DNA of 64,000 nucleotides from Promethearchaeia archaeon (GCA_029856145.1 JAHQWK010000001.1:128001-192000); one strand, 5' to 3'; shown: positions 19,682 through 29,114, counted from the stretch's first letter. Numbers and translations: made by a program. The notes: a model not told the origin generated them from the sequence alone.

Positions 19682-19800
19682 TCATTTTGTGTTAAGAGAT
19701 TTTTCTATATCTTCCCAGAGCCCTGATAAATAAATTGAACCAAGAGTAAGATCATATAACCCGTATCCAGGGTGTCTTTTTTCCCCCAAATCATTCTTCC
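19682..19800 (-). pseudogene. uxuA: Frameshifted C-terminal remnant of mannonate dehydratase
   Basis: GRMIWG in one frame joins [28 protein letters not shown] in another, matching the UxuA C-terminal [22 protein letters not shown] motif. Confidence 0.75.
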
Positions 19801-19832
19801 CGGATTAAATTTATATTTTAAACAATCTTTAT

Positions 19833-21134
19833 TTAAATATTTCCTTGTTTGATTATATTTGATATATTTAATGAATCTAAATCCTTTTCTACTCTTATAT
19901 AGCGTTTTTCAATTTGATTTTTTTTGACATATTTGTCTATTATCTTTAGAACCATTTCTCTATCAATATTTCTGTTTACTGCTTTTTCTACTGGAACTAG
20001 CTTTTTAAGTAGAATTGATAGACTAATTTCTTTAAATTTTGCAATATTGTTGATGATATTCTTTTCTATGACATTAGGAATATTGATATTTTCAAATGAC
20101 TTGCAATCAATTTTACATATGAATATTATTTTTTCATCTTCAGACAAATTTTTAATAAAATTTGTAGTTATCTGTGGTGGTTTACTTCCATCTTCATAAC
20201 CAAGGAATTTTTTCATAATCAAATAATCAAAAACTTCATTAATTCCTTCACCAGTTAGAGCAGATGTTTCAAAATAAGCATAATTGTAATTTTTTGCTAA
20301 TTCTAAGGCTTGTTTCTTAATATCCTCTCTATTTTTAACAATATCAATTTTATTCCCTATAATTATAAACGGAATCTCCTTACTAGCAACAAATTGTTGA
20401 GCTTCTTTAATCCAATCCTTAAGTTTTATAAGGGTTTCAAATTTAGAATAGTCGAATAGAATAAGAATTGCATGAGAATATTTATAATAATATCTCCGCA
20501 CTTTTCCAAAGCTTTTTAAGCCTGATAAATCAAATAGATTTAATTTTAGGTTAATATCATTAGTTATCTGTAATTCCTTCTCTATTATTGAAACTCCAAT
20601 TGTAGGGTTATATTTTTCTATAAACACATCCCTTTTATACATTCCCATCAATGCAGTTTTGCCAACAGCTTCAGATCCTATAACAATGATGTTTCTACAA
20701 TTTGTGGTTAAGGCTAAATCATCATTTTGATTTAATTTTGGAGTGATCGAACAAGGATCAAAATTATTCAATATCAGTGATGCTTGATTAGCTATGATAT
20801 GAGAATAAGGTAAGAATTTGTCTAAATGAGAATAAGGACTTCCAATTAAAACAAAAATAGCGTTGGAACTTTTCCCTAATTCTATATAATACAAATGAAA
20901 ATCATCCATAACAAAAGAACCACTACCTAATTCTGTGTTTGTATATATTTTAATTCTATTTAGCGTTTGATCTAGAAGTGTCATTATACCTCCAATTAAA
21001 TCTTCATTGAATTCTTTTACTGACTTTTTTGCTACAATAAAACCATTAAAATCTACAATTAAAGCCGCTGATATATCTGGAACTTCAGTAAGCAAATGGG
21101 CTAGTAAATCCTCTATTATTGGTAATTTGTTCAT
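19833..21134 (-). CDS. Roadblock/LC7 domain + Rab-like small GTPase + C-terminal shared domain
   Basis: ALIVDFNGFIV (roadblock); GSEAVGKT, YNPTIG, DLSG, GNKID and ETSA G-motifs. Confidence 0.9.
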   Translation of the reverse strand: MNKLPIIEDLLAHLLTEVPDISAALIVDFNGFIVAKKSVKEFNEDLIGGIMTLLDQTLNRIKIYTNTELGSGSFVMDDFHLYYIELGKSSNAIFVLIGSPYSHLDKFLPYSHIIANQASLILNNFDPCSITPKLNQNDDLALTTNCRNIIVIGSEAVGKTALMGMYKRDVFIEKYNPTIGVSIIEKELQITNDINLKLNLFDLSGLKSFGKVRRYYYKYSHAILILFDYSKFETLIKLKDWIKEAQQFVASKEIPFIIIGNKIDIVKNREDIKKQALELAKNYNYAYFETSALTGEGINEVFDYLIMKKFLGYEDGSKPPQITTNFIKNLSEDEKIIFICKIDCKSFENINIPNVIEKNIINNIAKFKEISLSILLKKLVPVEKAVNRNIDREMVLKIIDKYVKKNQIEKRYIRVEKDLDSLNISNIIKQGNI

Positions 21135-21341
21135 TTCTTTGATAATTCATTAACACTAATATTCTTAAGAATTAACTCATCCGATTATGATTAATGTTTA
21201 GGAAGAGTTTTTTATATTTAAAAAAATTTACACCTATTTGATAATTTTATTCATTAATATGTGTTTTTAATCTATTTTTTACCTCTGCTTAACCAAAATT
21301 TAACGATTTTTTAGTTTTATAAACATTAAAAAAAAAAAATA

Positions 21342-21812
21342 TTAAATAGTAAAATCCATTTCAATATGACATATTTCAGCAGCTTGAAGTCTATTCTTAG
21401 TAATGTGAGGATCTATGCCCCTAGCATAAGATATCGCTCCTGTTAAAATACCTCCCACTGGACATGCGGTATTTCCTTCGAGATCATAACCTCCTATTCT
21501 TTTTGGACAAATTAAGCATTTTTGAACTACTAATCTAACCTTTTCTTCATCAACATCCACATCTAATTCTTCAGCAAGGTTAATGACACCCATTAGTGCG
21601 TTTATTAATTTTTCATCACTATCACTTACTTTAATAAGCTTTTTGTCTAACATTTCTTTCATTATTTCTCGACCAATCCAGATGCTCAATGCGTCCATTG
21701 CATCTTGTGTAGAAACACTGAATTCTTTGTTTAGGATGAAATCTCTTGTTTTAATTAATCCATATCCTAACCCAATAATTATTTTATTTAGGTAGGTTGG
21801 ATCTGTAGTTAT
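21342..21812 (-). CDS. V4R/MetOD1-like ligand-binding domain protein (likely ATA start at 21812; tracked ATG at 21698)
   Basis: VVQKCLICP...ACPVGGILTGAI...ICHIEM cysteine pattern; frame open 38 codons upstream, filling the gap to the preceding gene. Confidence 0.65.
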   Translation of the reverse strand: MTTDPTYLNKIIIGLGYGLIKTRDFILNKEFSVSTQDAMDALSIWIGREIMKEMLDKKLIKVSDSDEKLINALMGVINLAEELDVDVDEEKVRLVVQKCLICPKRIGGYDLEGNTACPVGGILTGAISYARGIDPHITKNRLQAAEICHIEMDFTI

Positions 21813-21825
21813 TATATCTCTTTTT

Positions 21826-22422
21826 TTAAATATTGGTATCTTTTACCCCCTCTTTAGGTAACTCTAAATCTTTAAATTCTATAAAATCTTTCTGAAATTT
21901 TACAATTTGCTTTTTTATAATTCCTTTTTTAATATACTTTTCAGTAACTTTAAGAATTGCATCTTGATCTATTTTTCTATTAATTGCTTTTTCGATATTG
22001 GAAAGCTCCTTAATCAATATAGCAATACTAATCTCTTTGTATTTTGCTATAATCATGATTATTTGTTTCTCAAGAATATTGGGTATATTTTGCTTTTTTA
22101 AAGAATCACAGTTATAATCGCAGGTTAGAATTATTTTTTCTTCAGAAGACATATTAGAGATAAAATCAGAAGTCATAAGCTTTGCCTTAATGTGATTATT
22201 CTCTACTTGGATATTTTTCTTCTCTAAAATGTTAAAAACAGGTTGAACCCCACGGACTTTAAAGTGGGCATCAACATAAGCAATTAATGTCTTTTTACAG
22301 TGTTCTATGACAAAGGGAATGGGATAACTATTAGAACGAGAAACTAGTTCCTTATTAATGTCAAAAATTATAATCTTTTTACAATGCGGACAATTAGCCA
22401 TTATACTAATAGTTTCAGCCAA
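21826..22422 (-). CDS. Zn-finger protein with a C-terminal domain shared with the GTPase at 19833-21134
   Basis: CPHC...EHC, YVDAHFKVRGVQ; C-terminal EEKII..C...C....NIPN..EK.I...IAK.KEIS. Confidence 0.75.
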   Translation of the reverse strand: MAETISIMANCPHCKKIIIFDINKELVSRSNSYPIPFVIEHCKKTLIAYVDAHFKVRGVQPVFNILEKKNIQVENNHIKAKLMTSDFISNMSSEEKIILTCDYNCDSLKKQNIPNILEKQIIMIIAKYKEISIAILIKELSNIEKAINRKIDQDAILKVTEKYIKKGIIKKQIVKFQKDFIEFKDLELPKEGVKDTNI

Positions 22423-22640
22423 AATTGATTACCCTAATTAGTTTTAAAACAATTTAATAAAAAGACTTGCTAAATTATTTGGAGAATTATAAAGATAATA
22501 AAATAAATAGTATATAAATATTATATGTTCATTGTTATTTCTCTTATAAGAGTAATAAAATAATTGGTTCAAACAACTTTTTTCAAAAAAAAAGAATCAT
22601 TTAATATTCTATTAATTCTCAAATGATTAAAAATGAAAGA

Positions 22641-23645
22641 TTATTCATTTTCCATTAATTTAATAACCTCTTCTGGTAGTTCTCCTTTATTTTTCATGCG
22701 AGATATCATATCTTTTACTTCAGAAATAGTATTTCCATAAATATGTAGAGAATTGCTAAAGTCTAGATAATGACCTATATCAACTCCTAATTGATCAGCA
22801 ACAAATTTTTGAATTCTAATCATTCCATTTACATTAGCTTCCCAAGCTCTAAATAAGTCTCTACTTCTCCAAGTTGTTTGCATTATCAATTTTCCTTCTT
22901 TTATACGCATATAAATTCTTTGTAAACAAGGAGGATCAATGTGAAAAGGATCAACTAACGGTCTCCATGTTATCGCTTGTGCTCTACGGCTATATGGTTT
23001 TTCTTTTAATTTTTGTATAATATAATTGATTTGATTAATTCTCGGAAATTCGAATAGAGCGATTGGAATTTCTTCAATTCCAATTTGTTCTGAAATTTTT
23101 TTATCTAAATCAAATTCAACACCATTTTTCAATTTCCAGATATTAGATTCAGGTGTACTTTTTACCTTGTCAGCTTTTATTAACTTTTGATGTCCTTTCA
23201 CAAACTCATTATTGATAATTTTGAGATCATAATTTTTATGAATCGTATCTTCAAGAGAGAAGGGAGCGTAATTGTAAATTCTATCATGATAAGAGTATGG
23301 AAAACTCACATCAGACTCACTTAATAAATTGTCATTTATCCCATCCATGATTTCTTCAATATATCCACTCTGAATAGAACCGATTAAATATATATCTGCT
23401 AAACAACCATAAACTTCATAAGAATTACCGAATTTCGATCTAATTTTCATGATCTTATCTTTACGCATAATAGGACTACTAAATGGTTCTGTAATCTCTA
23501 TTAAAACCGTAGCGTCTTTTGAAGGTGGGTCTTCCGGCTTATCATATTCAGTTTTAATATCATCACCAAAAAATAATACCTGTCCAACAACAGAAAGCCA
23601 TGCATCTCTAATACTATTTTTAGAAATAAAAAACACTTTAGCCAT
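22641..23645 (-). CDS. thyA: Archaeal-type thymidylate synthase with an internal insertion
   Basis: YSYHDRI, QINYII, SRRAQAITW, DPPCLQ (catalytic Cys), RSRD, AN, SLHIY. Confidence 0.88.
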   Translation of the reverse strand: MAKVFFISKNSIRDAWLSVVGQVLFFGDDIKTEYDKPEDPPSKDATVLIEITEPFSSPIMRKDKIMKIRSKFGNSYEVYGCLADIYLIGSIQSGYIEEIMDGINDNLLSESDVSFPYSYHDRIYNYAPFSLEDTIHKNYDLKIINNEFVKGHQKLIKADKVKSTPESNIWKLKNGVEFDLDKKISEQIGIEEIPIALFEFPRINQINYIIQKLKEKPYSRRAQAITWRPLVDPFHIDPPCLQRIYMRIKEGKLIMQTTWRSRDLFRAWEANVNGMIRIQKFVADQLGVDIGHYLDFSNSLHIYGNTISEVKDMISRMKNKGELPEEVIKLMENE

Positions 23646-23880
23646 TTTTTGAACAATTCCTTAAGATTTTTTCAGTTTAGAATGATATAGATATTTACTG
23701 TTTACACTATTAGAATTTATTTATTACAAATTTAATAAAATTCTATAGAGTATTATAAATTTTTATATCAGCTTTATCCAAATATTTGAAATAGCTAAAT
23801 TTACATTATTTTATTATAAGAATATACTCACAACTATAAAGAATTATTATACAATATAATTAAAGAGAGTGTTAACCTTC

Positions 23881-24051
23881 ATGGGAGGATTTGGAAAAAA
23901 ATTAAAAAAAGGATTAGCCAAGGCTACTGGAGGACTTGTTGAAAATGTCACAGGTAGTGAGGCTGCTGGTAAAGGTGTGAAAAAAGCAGTTAAAAAAGGT
24001 AGCGTGAAAAAAGGCGTCAAGAAAGCAATTAAAGAAGCAGAAGATGATTAA
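23881..24051 (+). CDS. Small Lys/Gly-rich basic protein (56 aa)
   Basis: MGGFGKKLKKGLAK...KGVKKAVKKGSVKKGVKKAIKEAEDD; GC-richer than its flanks and followed by T-tracts. Confidence 0.65.
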   Translation: MGGFGKKLKKGLAKATGGLVENVTGSEAAGKGVKKAVKKGSVKKGVKKAIKEAEDD

Positions 24052-24169
24052 GTACAAATCATTATTTTAAAACTTCTTTATTCTTTTTATTTTTTATTAA
24101 CATCAAATTTTTAATAATTTAATACCTTTAAATTCTTAAGCTAAGTGAATTGAAGGGTTTGCTTAAAAT

Positions 24170-24460
24170 TTGAAATTAAGTCTTGAATTTTCTCCACCAT
24201 TTAATGAGATAACTAAAAATCTTTTTGAAACACTTGAATTTGATAAAGAACTAACTTTAAATGAATTGATAGAATTTTTTAGACAAAAGTTTGGAGATAG
24301 ATTTACAGATTTAGTTTGGGAAAAGGGAGAGAAGGGAAAATTTAACAAACTTCTTTCTATTATTATTAATGGAAGAAGTTATCAACATGATAAATTTTTA
24401 GAAACCAAGCTAAAAGATGGAGACCAAATTGTTTTTATTTATGTTTATTTTGGCGGGTAA
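24170..24460 (+). CDS. MoaD/ThiS (SAMP-like) ubiquitin-fold protein
   Basis: IIINGR...LKDGDQI...FGG with C-terminal diglycine. Confidence 0.88.
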   Translation: MKLSLEFSPPFNEITKNLFETLEFDKELTLNELIEFFRQKFGDRFTDLVWEKGEKGKFNKLLSIIINGRSYQHDKFLETKLKDGDQIVFIYVYFGG

Positions 24461-24488
24461 AATCACAAATAATTGATAGATTCTAATT

Positions 24489-25520
24489 TTAGAGTAAAAA
24501 TATTATCCACATAACAAACCCAGTCAACAATGGATTTAATATATTGTCAGAAATATTCTTGGTATAAGCATCTATAAGCATAAATAATAAAGTAGCAGCA
24601 AAACTCATAATAATAATTTTCTCGATAGCAATAGGCATCCAAGGATGATAGAAAATCGAAATTAGATAAACTATTATAAATGTCGTTAAGCCACCGGCGA
24701 TAAGACCTTCAACAGTCTTTTTTGTATTTGTCCTAAGATTATGTTTTCCATATTTCTTCCCTATAATACAAGCAACTCCATCTGAACCAGTAGTTATTAA
24801 GGCAACAGCAGCAAAAATCGGAAACGGCGCAAAAATGAATGGTGAAAAAGATAAAACTAATGGAATAGAGGCTATAAATGTATGCAATTCATTCTGTTTT
24901 ATATCTAAATACCACTTTTTAGCCCAGTTTGGAAGCATATAATATTTATTTAATCGAGCAAGGTCGGCTACTTGGAACATAAACACAAAACCATAACCAA
25001 CAGTAATTGTTAACCAATAGGAAAAACTATAATTATCTAAACCCCATTGAGTTAAAACACCGAGATCACTAAGGACAGTTCCTAATGTCCAAAAGAAAAA
25101 AATTACAAAACATGTAAAAAGGTGCAGAAATTTACGACCGACTTCAGATTTTAAGTCATCAACCCAATTATTGTCAAATTCTTCACAAAATTTACCATAA
25201 TCTCTATCTGCCATAATCTCAGGATTCGTTTTTGAAATAACAGTATTATATATTAAAGTTATTGCCCATACTCCCATTTCAATTAAAAAAACGACAGAAG
25301 TAAATAACCATAAAAAATTTAATGAATTCTGACTCAAATTAGGTGAATGAGAACGATACATAAATGGATAAATAATTCCCGCCATCAAAAATAATACTGC
25401 AATTAATAGTTCATTGAGAAATAAGTGTTTTTTAATTTTATTTTTTCTATTCTTTATTGTATAAACTAAGGTTAAGATAAAATATCCTACTAAAATTAAG
25501 CTTGTAGGCAAAAAATACAT
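24489..25520 (-). CDS. CTP-dependent polyprenol/diacylglycerol kinase family (Sec59/Dgk1/VTE5-like)
   Basis: EVGRKFLH, SDGVACIIGKKYG, KKTVEG, SDNILNP; polytopic membrane protein. Confidence 0.8.
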   Translation of the reverse strand: MYFLPTSLILVGYFILTLVYTIKNRKNKIKKHLFLNELLIAVLFLMAGIIYPFMYRSHSPNLSQNSLNFLWLFTSVVFLIEMGVWAITLIYNTVISKTNPEIMADRDYGKFCEEFDNNWVDDLKSEVGRKFLHLFTCFVIFFFWTLGTVLSDLGVLTQWGLDNYSFSYWLTITVGYGFVFMFQVADLARLNKYYMLPNWAKKWYLDIKQNELHTFIASIPLVLSFSPFIFAPFPIFAAVALITTGSDGVACIIGKKYGKHNLRTNTKKTVEGLIAGGLTTFIIVYLISIFYHPWMPIAIEKIIIMSFAATLLFMLIDAYTKNISDNILNPLLTGFVMWIIFLL

Positions 25521-25586
25521 ATTGTTAACCTTAAAAGGTGAATGATTTAAATTTTTTCTGCTTCTAAAAGGATCTCAAACTCACAT

Positions 25587-26690
25587 TTAAATCCAGTTTA
25601 TAATAATTGAATAATAATTAAAATCAAAAATGAATCTGATTAATAAATAAGCCACGCTACACCCAATCGGGATTAGAAGATTATCTGATATTTTGATTGG
25701 TTTGTTTGTTAAAATGTCAAATATCAAAAATAAATAAGTAAAGATTAGAGCCCAAAAAACACCAACAAAAAAAAAGCATATCAAAAAGGTGGTTAATAAT
25801 CCGGCTATAGTTCCCTCCCATGTCTTATTTTTATTCCATAATATATAGCTTTTCCCATATCTTATACCAACTTGACTTGACATTAAATCACTAATCGAAC
25901 TAATACCCAATATAGCAAAAAATATCATAGGGGGGCAAGTAAAAGCAGTAAACATTTGGCCAATAGCAAAATATAGATAAGTTCCATAACTTTGTGTTTC
26001 TTCATAAGATAGGTATAGTTTAGGAAAAACATTAAAAGGAAAATTAAGAAAACTAGATTTTCTGGTAATTTCATTAGCAATCATGAATAAACATAAAATA
26101 TAAAAAAAGAAAAATAAAAGATAATAAAACCATCCAAATGAAAAAAGAACATCGCTAATCGAATTTGGTTTATTCAATATTCTGAAGTATACCATAAGCA
26201 TGTTATTTTCTTCAGGAATCATCCCAGCTGAAGTACCAGTAAAGGATTTGACGACAAATAGTCCAATAAACCAAACAATTAGAAGACCTATGAAGATTAA
26301 AACATGATTGAGTTTTCTAAAAGTATCTTTTTTAGCTTTACTCCACATTTTATACTTTTCTTCTACTTTGTTAATTAATTTTGATAAATCTTTGTTAACG
26401 ACTTTTTTAATAAAAAAAGCTACTCCTGTAGAGATTATGATTAATACTGCCACAGTAATTAGTGGAATCCCTAAGACCATAAGCCATAAAGGTACAAAAA
26501 ATGGTTGAAGCCCAATATCTTGATTCATCAATGAAATAAATATTATAAGATGAATAAACACAAAAAATAACGAGCCAATTCCAAAAATATTATTTAGGAT
26601 ATCTGGTTTATACGAAAAATGCATATAAATGAAAATAATAAAGAAAAAAGATAATATAATTAAAAAATACCAAAAAGGAAAGTTTTCCAT
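25587..26690 (-). CDS. CTP-dependent polyprenol/diacylglycerol kinase family, paralog
   Basis: FRKLNH, SDLMSSQVGIRYG, KTWEG, SDNLLIP. Confidence 0.8.
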   Translation of the reverse strand: MENFPFWYFLIILSFFFIIFIYMHFSYKPDILNNIFGIGSLFFVFIHLIIFISLMNQDIGLQPFFVPLWLMVLGIPLITVAVLIIISTGVAFFIKKVVNKDLSKLINKVEEKYKMWSKAKKDTFRKLNHVLIFIGLLIVWFIGLFVVKSFTGTSAGMIPEENNMLMVYFRILNKPNSISDVLFSFGWFYYLLFFFFYILCLFMIANEITRKSSFLNFPFNVFPKLYLSYEETQSYGTYLYFAIGQMFTAFTCPPMIFFAILGISSISDLMSSQVGIRYGKSYILWNKNKTWEGTIAGLLTTFLICFFFVGVFWALIFTYLFLIFDILTNKPIKISDNLLIPIGCSVAYLLIRFIFDFNYYSIIINWI

Positions 26691-26864
26691 AATTTTGATA
26701 GTCGAAAATATAATTAGTATATACTTGGTCTTTAAAATTAATTAAATATATGTTTTATCAACAGAAGAGACATTATTAATTTTGAAATAAACTATATGTA
26801 AAGATTTACTAAAAAAATGATCTTATAATAAGTTAGGTTTCAATTCAAAGAAAATGGAAATAAC

Positions 26865-27482
26865 TTGAAAAAGATTATATTAGCTTCAAAATCCATTGAT
26901 CGAAGTGAAATACTTAAAAGAGCAAAGGTTCCATTTGAAACCTTCATTACAAACATTAATGAAGATATATATAAAGTAAAGATTTCAGATGCACATAACC
27001 TAGTAAAAGAACTCGCAAAAGCAAAAGCATTACTCGCAAAAAAGAATTTCTTGGACGACACTTTAGATGCAATAATTATTGCCGCTGATACTGTAGTAGT
27101 ACTAGATGGAGAAATTATCGGGAAAGCGAAAAATGAAGAAGAAGCATTCAATATTCTTAAAAAATTAAATGGAAGGACTCATGAACTAATAACAGGAATA
27201 GCTATTACTGAAACTAATAATCCAAAAATAATAGACGATACCGTTACTACAAATGTTCAATTTATTAATCTTTTTGACGAAGAACTTAAACTTTATATTA
27301 AAAATGGTGAATGGAAAGGTCGAGCTGGAGCTTATTCAATAAAAGACAAAGCAAGCTTGTTTACAAAAAAAATTAATGGATCGGCATCTAATGTAATTGG
27401 GTTACCTATGAATAAACTGTTTGAAATATTAAGAAAAGAATTTAGCTTTAATTTATTTCAACTTGAAGATTCTGAATTTTAA
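26865..27482 (+). CDS. maf: Maf-family nucleoside triphosphate pyrophosphatase
   Basis: ILASKS..R, AKAKA, AADTVV, GK, AGAY, NVIGLP. Confidence 0.92.
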   Translation: MKKIILASKSIDRSEILKRAKVPFETFITNINEDIYKVKISDAHNLVKELAKAKALLAKKNFLDDTLDAIIIAADTVVVLDGEIIGKAKNEEEAFNILKKLNGRTHELITGIAITETNNPKIIDDTVTTNVQFINLFDEELKLYIKNGEWKGRAGAYSIKDKASLFTKKINGSASNVIGLPMNKLFEILRKEFSFNLFQLEDSEF

Positions 27483-27484
27483 TC

Positions 27485-27565
27485 ATGGCTAAAATGTATA
27501 TCTGTGTGGGTTCTTTAAATCCAACAAAAATAAATGCTGTCTAATTAGCATTTAGTAGATATAGA
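27485..27565 (+). pseudogene. yjjX: Truncated YjjX-like inosine/xanthosine triphosphatase
   Basis: MAKMYICVGSLNPTKINAV*LAFSRY matches the YjjX N-terminal VGS.NP.KI.AV..AF motif; in-frame TAA and no recognisable continuation. Confidence 0.7.
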
Positions 27566-27773
27566 ATTTTAATGTTTACAAGTTAGTTTTCATAGGAAAA
27601 CTAGCAAACAATAAAAATTTGAAAAATAAGTCGGGAACTATCAGTTTTTTAAGTAAAAATACTATAATAAGAACAGAAATTCTAACCCACGCTGTAATAT
27701 GTGCTTTACTTCCTTTTATCAATACAAAATTGTATAATACTGGTGAAAAGAAAAAGAGTAAAAGTTTTTGAGT

Positions 27774-27944
27774 TTATTTTTCTGAAAATTCCTTCCAAGC
27801 TTTTAAATCTTCATAAAATTTTAAGATCTTCTGAAATTTCGAAATTAGATTATTATAATAAACGTGATCAACATATTTTCCTTTAGATAACTCTTTTGCA
27901 GTAGTAATTCCATTCTTATACTGTAATATTTTTTCTTCAATCAC
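27774..27944 (-). CDS. Small hypothetical protein (56 aa, below the ORF-track cutoff)
   Basis: GTG-IEEKILQYKNGITTAKELSKGKYVDHVYYNNLISKFQKILKFYEDLKAWKEFSEK*; an upstream ATG (27961) is out of frame across an A10 run. Confidence 0.5.
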   Translation of the reverse strand: MIEEKILQYKNGITTAKELSKGKYVDHVYYNNLISKFQKILKFYEDLKAWKEFSEK

Positions 27945-28027
27945 ATTTTTTTTTTAATCATGTTCATATTTAAAATACAAAAATATCACGGTATTATGCA
28001 ATGAAAATCATTGAACTGCTTGAAAAA

Positions 28028-28972
28028 CTATTTTAATGATAAAATTCTCTTTAGATCATCTTCTTTAACGTTCAATAACTCTACTTCTGGTAATCTTTCT
28101 GTAAGTAAACGCCAATTTTTTTCTTTCTTAAAAATCTTTTTAAATAAGACTAGAGCTTCATCAATTTTTTTATTATTCGCCAAAGATACTGCTGTCCAGT
28201 ATTTCATTTCAAGATTGTCTGGAATCTTTTCCATGGCAGCATTATATTCTTCAAGTGCCTTACCCACATCACCTTTTTCAATCGCGAGATCACCATTATT
28301 CATATGTTCATATGCTCGAAATATTTTCAATAGTCTGTTTAATTCTTTCAATGGCTCAATGTGATCCTCTACTCGGAGATCAATAATAGGATCCTCCCAT
28401 TTATTCTCGGTCGATTCACCAGTAACTACTAATATTGCAGCAGATTGTTTCCCTCTTATGTCTCCTCCAACAGACTCAGCAGCTTCTAAACTTTTAATTA
28501 TTCGCTCCGGTAATGATAAATTGTTGAATTTTTCAAAAGCTTCCGCCATTGCTGGCCATACATTGTCAGAAAGCATCATGTTTGCTTGAACAGAAAAATT
28601 ATCACCTATTATATGACCAGCTTGTTTTATACATTTCGATCCTGTATGTGTAGCCACTCTACCTTGAGTGTCTAAAATAGCAACTTGTCTTACATCTCTT
28701 CCCTCATCATCAGAAAGAAGGGTCTCTACAGCTTCTTTAGGTGTCATACATTGCTTTAATAGATCAAGTCCCCGTAAACCAAACGATTTATTAACTAATG
28801 ATTGTGTTGCTACAACACCCAATCCAGCTTCTCCCCATGAAACAAGACTGCCAACTGAGAACCAATGACTTTGGACTCCAACACCCATTTCTCCTGTTTT
28901 AGGATCCCTAGCAACAATAGAATAGGTATGTGCAAAAATCTTATTATTTGAATGATTATTCTTAGGAATCAT
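28028..28972 (-). CDS. DUF1028 (Ntn-hydrolase-like) protein with C-terminal TPR
   Basis: TYSIVARDP.TGE.GVGVQS, VATQS, GGDIRGKQSAA, DLRVEDH. Confidence 0.88.
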   Translation of the reverse strand: MIPKNNHSNNKIFAHTYSIVARDPKTGEMGVGVQSHWFSVGSLVSWGEAGLGVVATQSLVNKSFGLRGLDLLKQCMTPKEAVETLLSDDEGRDVRQVAILDTQGRVATHTGSKCIKQAGHIIGDNFSVQANMMLSDNVWPAMAEAFEKFNNLSLPERIIKSLEAAESVGGDIRGKQSAAILVVTGESTENKWEDPIIDLRVEDHIEPLKELNRLLKIFRAYEHMNNGDLAIEKGDVGKALEEYNAAMEKIPDNLEMKYWTAVSLANNKKIDEALVLFKKIFKKEKNWRLLTERLPEVELLNVKEDDLKRILSLK

Positions 28973-29114
28973 AATTATTAGATTGGTTTATATACTAAAT
29001 AAAGTTTTATTAATCACATTCTAAATTGATTGATATACTAGAAAGGAAAACATTAAATTCTTTTATAATTTAGAAATTTATTAAAAATCATTATTTCAAA
29101 CGAGATGATATCAA

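Noticed and set aside
27701-27886. 61-aa plus-strand ORF
   Set aside because: It overlaps a more protein-like minus-strand ORF (27774-27944).
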